From assembly GCF_037042905.1 (NCBI RefSeq), contig NC_087251.1:2110001-2174000 (forward strand): a DNA stretch of 64,000 nucleotides. Direction: 5' to 3'. Within the stretch, counting starts at the first letter, position 1. Every line of letters begins with the position of its first letter. The position numbers were made by a program, and so were the translations under genes. Positions 39,201-51,200 of this stretch are shown in pieces. Below the pieces are notes generated by a model. The model was given only the letters and a program-made list of their open reading frames with translations. It did not search any database and was not told the origin of the DNA. This DNA is from Lytechinus pictus. Its lineage: Eukaryota.

Positions 39201-42200
39201 ATTCCATTCAATATTTTACCATTTGGTACACTCTTCCAGCTTAAGCAACTCTGAATCTAGACTTGTAATTTTGAACAAATTTTGCTAAGTATCATGAATA
39301 CTTGATATGTTTATTTATCTCATGTTTGAACAGGAAGTGAAAGAGAACTTTGAAAGAGCATCGTCTGAAGCTTTGTCAGCATTTGGTGATGGATCAATGT
39401 TCATTGAAAGATATATAGAAGAGCCAAGACATATTGAAGTACAAGTACTAGGTAATAATGTAGAATATTAATTGGAAATGATATGGCAAATATATTGGAA
39501 ACTTATCTTCAATGCAGTTATGAAAATATTTTGTAATGAAAAAATTTTTTGTGATATATTATACTTACTCACCTGTAGCATGTTATTTGTAAACTGATTT
39601 TATGAGTCTATTTGACCAATTCATGTTTGTTTTCTAGTATAATGCAAAATATCTCAATTATGTAGCAATAACAGATACAAGAAGATGAAAATTAATTTGG
39701 GAAAAGATCACATGTCATGAAAGTTTTTTTGTGTGTGAAATCATCGTAGATGATATGAAACAGTTGAAGTAGGTATAACACAATGTTACTGTAAGGTTGT
39801 TATTAGATAGATGACAAGGGGGGAAGGGGAGGGTTAGGAAAGGCGAAAAGATTAGACTATAGCTCTGTCAAAATGGGTGGTAGTGGGGTCAAGGGACAGA
39901 GCTGATTCACCCCCTAAGTTGTATTAAAAATGATCATTTGTCTTCATCAAGATCCAAGTAATTAACCCATATTAATGTTGAATCACAGGTGACAAATTTG
40001 GAAATGTCATCCATCTTTATGAGCGTGACTGCTCCGTGCAACGTAGACATCAAAAGCTGATTGAACTAGCCCCTGCCCCTATGCTTGACCCCGCCCTGAG
40101 GAACAAGATGACGTCTGATGCTGTTAAACTTTGTCAGTCAGTCAACTATGAGAATGCTGGGACTGTTGAGTTCCTCCTTGATAAACAAGGCAATCATTAC
40201 TTTATAGAGGTCAATGCAAGATTACAGGTGGAACACACTGTCACTGAAGAAATTACAGGGTATGTATGTATGGATGAATCTGCTTAATAAGTTGAATCTA
40301 TTGGGACATCGGAACTTGAAGAAGTAGAAAAAACATGTTCGGCATAATCTGGTCTGCAAATTGCTTTGACTTCGGTGGTTAAGTTACTTTAGTCACTTGA
40401 CATATAGAATGGTACTTAGGCATTTTGGATACTCAATGTTTATGCCACTCCTATATATATCTCATATTTAACTCCAAGTCAATGGATTTCCCAATGGTTA
40501 ATTTTGAGAATGAAAACCAATTAGAAAGACCAGTTTAAGTTCAGTCTTTTTTTATGGGTCAACTGACTTATGTATCTGATTTATAGGTAGTCATTCCTAA
40601 TTTCTCTTAGAAATAAACATCTGCAAAACAGTGACGATTTTTGTCTCGCCTGCATAGCAGAAAGAGACTATAGGCGCTGCTTTTCTGACAAAATCTTAAC
40701 CAAGGTTAAGTTTTTGAAATGTCATCATAACTTAGAAAGTATATGGACCTACATGTAGTTCATGAAACATAGACAAATGGTAATAGTGTATCACTGAAGA
40801 TCCTGCCCAAGTTTCAGGTCACATGATTAAGGTCAATGAACTTTGACCATGTTGGGAGTATTTGTGGAATTGTCATCATAACTTTGAAATTTCATGATCT
40901 AGGTCATGAAAACTTAGACTTAAGAGCAATTAAGTATCCCTGAACATCATCTGTGCATTTCAGGTCACATGACCAAGATCAAAGGTCATTTAAGGTCAAT
41001 GAACTTTGGCCATATTGGGGGTATTTGTTGAATTGGCATCATAACTTTGAAAGTTTATGGATCAAAACATGCATTTTATGAAACATAGACATAAGGGTTA
41101 TCAAGTATGTCTTGCACATGTCTAAGGTCACATGATTATGGTCAAAAGTCATGTTGGGTTAATGGACATATTAATTTATTATCATATGAGTGTTTTCTTT
41201 TGGTGAATAATTATTCAATAGCTGTTTCAAAGTCAGCACTGTTGCTATATTGAATTGCGTAATGCAGTCGAGACAGCCAGAGGCGTTCCACTTGTTATCA
41301 TGATTATCATTATCATTATTAATATTTTATATCCTTGTATTTGTAGTGTTGACCTTGTTCAGTCTCAGATAAAGGTTGCTGAGGGATACAGTCTTCCAGA
41401 GCTTAGTCTATCACAAGATGATGTACAGATACAAGGGAGTGCAATGCAATGTAGGATTACAACAGAGGACCCGGCTAAGAACTTTCAACCTGATACCGGC
41501 AGAATTGAGGTATAATCTTGGTAATCTTTGTTAATGCTCTCATCATCTATCAATCTACTGTATGACTAAAGTTTATTTCTGGTTGTGTGATTGAACTAAC
41601 AGAAATCTACTCTCACTATGATAGTGCTTCAAAATCAATGACTCAATTCTGCTGTAAACCATGTGCACTGAAGTATGATTGTTACTACACACAAAGGCTC
41701 AGCCGCATGAACCCTTTGAAGAAAAAGATTATTAACACTGAGAAGTCAATGGGGAAGAAACAGGATGTTATTCCAAAAGAAAGACTGTTCAAACATCCAG
41801 GAGTTGGAGTTTAATTGTCTTAGGCACAATAGAGGATTACTTTAAGATCCTAGACCAGCAAGAGGAGATTATCATAACAGGAAGATCTTTGAATATGCAG
41901 TATATCATGTTTTGCGGAGGTGTAAAAGCCATTAAAATCCTTATATCTGACTAATGTTTAGCACCAGTTTCTTGCCTTTGCTAGCGATGACAGGTTGTGT
42001 TAAACAAACTTGAGAACGCAGCCTCATTCATTACCAGGGGGAGTTATCAGTTCTTCTTCCACCAGTCACTGGGAGTTTCGGCCTGTTATAAACAATACTC
42101 CCTCTTGGTGATGAGTCAGCAGTGCAAAGCACCACCTTCCCCTCTGGTAACAGATAAAAAAAGTTGCTTAAATTGCTGGTTACTCTCTTCCTTTGGACAT

Positions 42201-45200
42201 ACTTGGTCCAAATCCAAGCAGAACCCTTCTCTGCTGCCTCAGAAGCAGCCCTACAAGCATGCTTATTCTCTCTATTTGAGATACCCAACTCCCGAAACCA
42301 CCTAGGCAATGATTTTGCTATGAACCCACGACAGCCAACCTCAAAGGGGAAGCAAAATACCTTCCAGCCTGTACACTCTGCCACATTTTTAGAATATCCT
42401 CCCAAGGGACGGTCAACTCTCCTAGGACTACTTCCTTAGCAGAGTCAGTTCACAAAACAATATTGGGGCAAGAGATTTGTAAGCATCACATGCTGTGGGA
42501 AACTCCCTTTTCCATCCAGGTTGATTCTAACTTTTCTTTCATGAGCTGGAGACAAAATACTGGGCCTCATAGACTTTGCCTTTGATCTATGCTTGGCCCC
42601 CTTCTTCACAAAATCAATATGGAGCATGCCCCCATTAGCAACACCCTTCCCAGAATTATGAGACGTCACCCTCTTTGCAACCTTCAAAACTTGATCAAGT
42701 ATACACCCCACAACACAGGCTAACCTAGCATGCACTAAGTATATGCTGGAGCTGGAGGGTACTTGTCCCTCCACAAGCACTACACTTGTCAGGCTTGTTA
42801 TACTACTTGCTGAGGTTAAGGCGTAGGCAAGAGATTGTAGGTCGAGCGAACAACGAAGGAGATTCGAAGTGGCTCCATCTGTCATAGCACAGACCATGTC
42901 AACCTTCTGGCTTTCGCCCCCTTTCACTTCGTCCAAGAACCCTGCTGGGCCTGGCCAACTGCTGTGCCCCATCTCTTCTCATCTTCTCTTATCTCCTGCA
43001 TGACAAGGAGAATGATTTGTCATGATGTGAGTTACATATTTTCTGAATCATGACAACTCTTCTGAATATAGAATATAGAGTTGAATTATTTTTATAATTT
43101 ATTTGTTGGCTGTTTGTTTCAGGTATTCCGAAGTGGTGAAGGAATGGGTATTCGTATTGACAGTGCCCTAGCTTTTGCTGGTGCTATAGTATCCCCTCAC
43201 TACGATTCGTTACTGGTGAAACTCATCTCTCGATCCAGAGACCATCAGAGTTCAATCAGAAAGATGCTCAGAGCCTTGGCTGAGTTCAGGATAAGAGGTG
43301 TTAAGGTATGAAACAATTCAACATTCAGTAAACCTGTCTATAGAGGCCATTCTAGGAAGACAAAACGATGTTGTAGATTTTTTACCAGGTAGTTTTGGAC
43401 AGGTTTTTCAAGTACATATTCCAGTGAAAAAACGTATTTCATAGAGATAATATGACCTTTATTGAAAGGTTTTCGTAAAAGAGAGGTTCATGTGTTTTAA
43501 CTTTAGCAGAGCTGACTGACAATTATTTGAGGGTTTGATATTGAAAATATGTATCTAGCTACTTTGGAAATGTTCAGTAATTCACATTCCGAAGATAGAA
43601 ATTGCTCAGCATAACGCAAAGGCATGCTAAGTGACTCCTACTTAAAATTAAAAATTCAAATTGCGAAAGTGATTTTTTTTTCCCATGTGTTTACATAATT
43701 TTTTTTTCTTGTCCTCATGTTTTTTTTTCTTGTGAAGAAGTAGTTTATTAAAGGAAATTAATTGAACATGCATAATTATTGTATCTGAATTATATTACCT
43801 TGTATTAATTTTGTATGGAAATGAACAAAGAATTGAATTGGGTGTTATAAGTGACACTGTGTTATACAATTAATATATTAATACATTCTTTCTTTACAGA
43901 CAAACATACCATTCTTAGAGAACGTGTTACGCCATGAGCAGTTTGTATCAGGTCAGGTGAATACATCATTTATTGATGAGAATCCTCATCTCACAAGAGA
44001 ATTCAAACCAAGTCAAAATAGAGCACAGAAACTTCTCTACTACTTCAGCAACCTGTTGGTTAATGGTCCTGCCACGCCCCTTGCTACCGCTCTTAGACCA
44101 CCTAATGTTACCCCACCCATTCCAGAGGTACCATTTGGTGAGTATCTTTATAAATCTTATCAATTCAATCTTGTAAATATAAGGGAATAGCAAATGTCAT
44201 TGAAATCAATGCAGTAAGGAATAAGGATTAGAAAACGTTTACCGTTAACAGGATTCTAATAACTGCCTCTAGATTAGAGCAGTCATTGATATCTCATTAC
44301 ATCAATAACAAATGTAATCTTTTCTCCCCTCCCCCTTGCCCCCTTTTTAACTACAAGAGCAAAATTTACAACATGTATATGTTTTACAAAAGCATCTAGG
44401 AAAAAAATACCCTGCATAGTTTTTACATCATTTCATAAAAATATCAATATATGTGCCAGTGCTTCTTATTATTGAATGAAAGGGAATGAGTATTATCATT
44501 TTATAGTCCATCTTGTACATTGATCCCAAGTAATCATATTTTAATGTTTCCCACAAGTAAATGTCAAAGGAAAATTATTTTACTTGTTGGTTCAAAATAG
44601 TTCAAAAATTGATATATTACTAAACACTGCTGCGTCCATTCTCACTTCACCAAAATGTAGATTTGAGATTGACATTTCCTTCAATCATAAATGCCTTCAT
44701 ACTATGATTCACCCAGCAATTGACATACATGTATGTGTAATGTCTTCTCAACTCCTTGCCTGATGGAGTGGCACTCTACCTAGCTCAGTAAAGTAGAGCA
44801 TAAATAATCCTAACATGAAATACATTCTTCATTTATATACTTCTAAAATATTCATTCTGTCTTTAAAAAAAATAAAGGATAAGTACAACCTTAATCGTAG
44901 GATTCAAGAATATAAGTGATTTTAAGCTATATTCAAATTAATGTTAAAATTGCTTGCTCTGGGCTTATTATAGGAGAAGTGAGTGGAAGCTATCATGTAA
45001 ATGGTGAGTTAAACCTGTGAAAACTCAAGCATTTGCATCCCAATAAATGCTGGTTGGGATGACATTCTTGTACCAATTCTTTGGGTAGTCTGCAGAAATA
45101 GACCTTAGTGATGCAAGCATGATCTTTCTTCTTTTCCTAAATTCTAATCAGGTCAAGTTTCAAACTAATCTTAGTATTAATCTATGACTTGTAGTTAACT

Positions 45201-48200
45201 GTAATATTCTTTATGTCATCAATATATTAATTAATCAATACACGTATTTAAAGATTCTATATAATATTCTGGATGGTGTAGCTTTAAATTGTGCCAATTA
45301 ATGTTTTCAAGGCTGTTGGTAAAGATATATTCTGAATTTGTTTAGTTATGATTAATGAATATCTGTTGCCGTTAGATGATTCTTCTCAGCTTCTCTATGT
45401 ATTGACAAATGAAGTATTCAGATTTTGTAAAGAGAGGAGAGAAAATATTTATATCATGTATGTGCTGTGACTTGTAAAAACCCAACATGGTGAGATGCGG
45501 TGATTGCTCTGGTGCTTGGTTTAATTATCATCTAAATTCTTCTGCCTTTTGAATGATGAATGATCAATGATGGGACGCAAGACTATGTTCACATTTGGTG
45601 AAAGGTTTCTTTTATATTGCTTCTTCTGCCTTGTGAAAGATTAGCCATCAGTTGTGGGATTAAAGCCTGTGTTCAGATTGGTGATGTTGCTCTTTCTGTC
45701 TACTCATATTTCTTCTCTTCTTTCCTTTCTCTTCCTTTCTTTTTTATTGTTACAGAGTGAATGGGATGCTGAATTTGGATGCATTCTACAAGTGCAAAGT
45801 TTCAATATTAATAATAATCTTAAGTAAATCCTTATCATTCTTACAGTCTTCTTATCAGCATGAATTATAGGTTGTCAGGCTGAGATTACACCTTTTTATC
45901 TGCCCTACCACCCTCAGTATCACAGTTTGGTACACATACTCTTGGGTTGAACTGAGAAATAGTTTCCTTTGCTTGGTCTTCTTTACTAATGATTGGTTGT
46001 TTCAAACCACATTGCTGAATGATTCTTTGCGTTCCTTTGGTTTTATCTATTGCATTTCCTTCATGTTTGAAAATTCTGCCGATAGGGACATGACCCATCA
46101 GGTAGTATCAAGATCAGTGTTGGTGTTAACAGGATCTTTTACATCAGCACAGCATAAATATGATTAGTATGATTTAAACTATTATTTTAAAACTCAGATT
46201 AGGTGTTAAAGTGTTAGAGAAGGCAGTGTACAGAGTGCTTCCAACACCAAAAACATCACCAACCATGAAACCCCCATTGTATTGTTGAGGTTGTTTTCAA
46301 TATGCAAGAAAATGTCTTGTTTTAGATTATCTTCAATGTCCTTCCGTCAATCTTCTAACTTGTAAAGATCATCAGAAATGGCTTACCCTGCTTGTTGATT
46401 TTTGGCTCATCTCTTTCTGAATAATTCATCTATAGCAGAAGAAAGTTTTTGCAGTTGTGAACGAAAATCATTTATCAATCAGCCATTGGTGTGTGATATT
46501 AATTATAGTTCCTTTTTCACAAATGCTAACTTTTCAACAATTCTATGTCACTGTTTCAAATTTGAATGTATTTTATCATCATTATATCTACATGTACTTA
46601 ATGATTACTTTTAAAATCAGAGATACTGTTTTTCCAGAATTACTCCTTATTTTCCATTTCATATATTGCAAAATCTATTAAGGGACTGTGCATGACAATT
46701 CCTGAAAGATTATGTTTTCAACTTTTCTTGGATCCTTTTTCGATCACAAAAATTGTTGCTATACATGTAAAATGGTAGCCATACACATTTATTTTTATTA
46801 CCTACATGTACCTATTGTATATAGATATACAGCTCAATATCATAGAGTACCATATTATGTAAGGTATGATATGTTATCAGAAGGGAGTTATTCACATTAA
46901 TTATTTGTATTTTTGTTCTTTAAAACTTCCTTTTATACATATATATGGGACACTTTTAGATCCACAATTGATGTAATTGAAATGATAGTAATTATCATTA
47001 GACATAATTATTATGACTGGTACAATATTTATCCTGTAAATCTAATGTGTGTTACTAAATACATATATATTTGGAACTAATCCCTTTCCTTTTCCATTGG
47101 AGATACCAATTCTTCTGATTTCATTAATCATGGTTCAGACATCAAGTTAATAATATTAAATTCAATACTGTTTGTAAATATAAAGAATTTATATGTGGGA
47201 ACATGTACATCCATGATTTTTATCATTTTGTTCTAATATGTTCATGTTCACCTATTTATCAGAATACTAGGTTTTGACCAGTTAGACACCATCAGAAAGC
47301 AGGAAGAGAAATTTCTGACATGACTTTCATAGTCCTTCCTTGCCAGTCTCATATTGCACAAGGTCCTCGAGTTGTAAGGAATTACCTAGAAAATTGTTTT
47401 AAGAAGTATTGTACTTGGCATCTGCCTGTCAACATATGAAGAGCTCACTTGCAAAGTCCATTTTTCATCAAATTTGATTTTTATGTCTTAATGTATAGAT
47501 TTTTAGTATAAATAATTTATTGGTTGGATTGCTTAACTAAGCTAGTCGTACAGACTGTTTCACCCTAAGGCTCATCAGCGACTGATGAGCCTTAGGGTGA
47601 AACAGTCTGTACGTCTAGCTTAGTTAAGCAATCCAACCAATAAATTATTTATACTCAGCCCCTACACAGTCGAGCACTATTAGATATTGCAGTATATCAC
47701 TATATACTTACCTACCTAGATTTTTAGTAGCTCTATAAGATGATACCAAAGAAAAGTTGAAATTCCTATTAAAAAGTGAAATAAAATGGCAAAGAAAAAT
47801 CACTTTTTTTTCAAAAGGGGTTAGGTCCATTTCAGTTTAGTTGCAAAAGGGGTTAGGTCCACACAGAATTTTTTTGGAAAAGAATATCTTTAAAGATATT
47901 AAGACAGGTAGATTTCTCTTTTACCCAATTTTATGATCTCATGGTAGGGTATCATAAAAATTAAGTTTCGCATAAGAATATCGCAATATGGGAGAATTAA
48001 AAAAATTGTTTTCTTGGAGTGGACCTAGCCCCTTTTGCAACTAAACTCTTCTGAAGAACTCATTTGTCAAAAGGGGTTAGGTCCATTTTTTAATACATTT
48101 TATTGTTTTCTGTCTCTAAACCTCAAAATTTTTAGTCACTCTGATGATACCAAAGACAATTTGAAATTCAAATAAAAATGTGAATGAAAGTGGCAAAGAA

Positions 48201-51200
48201 AAATCACTTTTTTAATCAAAAGAGATTGGATTCATTTCAGTTTACTTGCAAAAGGGGTTAGGTCCACAATAATAATTTTTTTAAATATATAGAAAAAAAT
48301 TGAAGACAGGTAGATTTCTTTTATACCCAATTTTATGTTCACATGATAGGGTAGTACGTCATGACAATTCAGTTTCTCATAAGAATATTGCAATAAGTGA
48401 GAATTAAAAAACATGTTTTTTCTCGGAAAGGTCCAAAGTGGACCTAACCCCTTTTGCAACTAAACTCTTCATATAATAAAAAGTTAAAATTCTATCTGAT
48501 TGCATTCAGATGGAGTGTGTCATTTCTTTGTTAAATATCATGATGAATTAAAGAAAATAGCATACTCTAAAAGAGCAATGTTATGTTTCTAAATCATGTT
48601 TGGGGTCTTGTTTGTTTTTGGTGCTATTATTGGTATTTTTGCAGTTTGAATACCTTGTCAGGGTCGTGTCAACATTTCTGTGAAAGTTACCATTCACTGA
48701 ACCGCCATATTTTCTTTATTTTTGTTGTTTATTCATTGGATATATTTTTGTAACCACTTAATTCTTTAACTCATATTATTCAATGAATTTAAAGTTGTTG
48801 TAGTACATCACCTAATTTCAACAATAATCAGAGAAGGGTATTAAGGTACTGGGAGTGTTAAACTAATCTTGCTTTTATTATTTGATCCCAACAGACAAGG
48901 CAGTACCTGTGGGAAAGAGAGATATCTTACTTCGGGAAGGACCTGAAGCATTTGCTAAGGCTGTGAGGAACAATCCTGGTCTAATGTTAACAGATACCAC
49001 CTTTAGAGATGCACATCAATCCTTACTAGCAACACGTGTGAGAACCTATGATCTTAAGAACATCTCACCCTTCGTAGCACACAACTTTCACAACTTGTTC
49101 AGTGTAGAAAACTGGGGAGGTAATTTTGTTTCCGTTTATTTTTTCATTTATCAAGCACATTTTATTTCGTCCTGGAACTTCTTATTGTCTTCAGAGATTT
49201 AGTGAAATATGTGCTATTTAACTTAGAAAAGGGTTTTGGTTTTTGTACTCTAGTTAGTATTTGTCAGATTGTAGTCCGATGTTCAATTGTTGGCGATATC
49301 ATACATAAGCATTTTAGATTCATTTTCAAAATTAGCACAGGAGCACAATTCTTTAATTACCACATGCATCTAATATGCATTGCCTTTTCCACATTTTTAA
49401 CTCTAAATTTCAACATATTTTCAGTGAAGGATCTTTATACATGGTGCTAACTTTATGCAGCTAACCTAGTTTCAAGTAAATAAGACATCTTAATATGTCC
49501 ATGCTTCATTGATAGGTGCTACATTTGATGTTGCTATGCGCTTTCTTCATGAGTGTCCTTGGGAGAGGTTAGAGACGTTACGAGAACTGATCCCAAACAT
49601 CCCATTCCAGATGCTTCTCAGGGGAGCCAATGCTGTAGGATATACTTCATATCCTGATAATGTTGTGTACAAGTAAGTTTACCTTTATATTATACCCCTT
49701 GACCTTGAAGCATATTCATATGATATTGACTGGCCTTGAGGGAAACATGTATTGCCCACAAAAGAATCATATTGGCCCAAGTCTTTAGATGAGGGCAATA
49801 TGGTTCTTCTTTGAAGGGCAATATTTTGATGTTCCCCGAAAGAAGAGCCAGTCAATAATTTTATTATCATCCAAATCAAACATCTAGAGCAAAAATCATG
49901 AAAATTGAGATATTTTTTTCAAGAAGATGGTTCTACTGTGTCATGTTTATATCAGGGACCAGGCTCTGCACTTTACCATTATGATGTACTTGTGGACGCA
50001 TCCAGCCCCCGGATCTAGTGTTGTCTTTATTGTGACATATATTGTTGCTGCGCGAATCATAATGTGGCGTATCTCTTTCTACGCATCCTCAGATGCCCGA
50101 ATGTGAGACCAGGGAAAATAGAAAGGTATATTTTGCGTCGTCTCTGTATGCAAAGTCAATACGCGCATTGAGACCGAGGAAAATACAAACAATATACCTA
50201 TACCTTCCCAACAATCAGAAAATCTAGGGCAATACGGTTTTGTAAATCACCAGCTCAGTTGTCTGATAATGGTAGTAACATATAATATGATCATATGATG
50301 CCTAAGATGAAAATAAAATCCATTGATTAATGAGAGATCATTTTCTGTCTAGAAATGCTCAAAATAATTCAATTTTGTCATGAAAACTTTATGATTTGCT
50401 CCATGTCAATACTGTACATCCTTTCATTTTCCATGTTGTGTTGTCAGGGGATCTTTAATAGTTCACTTACATTTCAACTCAATCAAAGAATAAGGACACA
50501 TGGAAAAATTGTGAACTGCATTTTAAAGTATGTACATTTATTGAAGATTAAATAACTTTATAACAAAATACAGAACAAGTCATATGGCTAAATTAACTTA
50601 TGCAGTCTGATGGTCTATTGACATTATTAAACACTGCAGATAGTCTTAAACCATCTTGATCTCTGCTCTCAAATTTCTATTCTCAAATCTCCAATCTGGT
50701 ATATGCTACAATTTTACTAGATTTGTGGAGTGAACCCTTTTATATTCTTTTAAGAGAAAACAGATTGTGCTGCTGTAAAGTGCAGTTTCAGAATAGAAAA
50801 TAAAGGTCAATTGTAGCATGCATTTTACTAGGTTCGCCAAATCTATAACTGGGAGTGATAACATCATAATGAGCACTTCTTTTCAAATCACTTTGGCTCA
50901 ATTCACATTTAAATACTTAATTTCATGTGATTATTTCACATACCACCAGCTTTCATAACGCTTTTAAAAAAACTTGTCCAACTTATCCAAATCTTGCTAA
51001 GAATTCGCTAAAAATTCTATTTACATACTTTTTTTCCTCGAAAATGCCTGTCAATTTTCCAAGTTTTTATGGAATTATTTTCATTTGGTAATAATTAACA
51101 ATCCCTTCTTTCTTGACTGAAAGATCAATTTCTTGAAATTTCAGTTGCATCAATATACACATATTGGACAGGGTGATAGTCTGGCAAAGTTAATTGAAAA

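Larger units (their letters stand above)
47438..48471. mobile_element. Tandem dimer of a short-TIR element with aaaaggggttaggtcca motifs
   Basis: Termini tgaagag and ctcttca; about 47730-48050 duplicates 48140-48470; interrupted by the palindromic insertion. Confidence 0.6.

Noticed and set aside
47582..47620. Complete sense-strand hammerhead
   Set aside because: Core is present but the flanks (gcga and cgtc) do not form stem I
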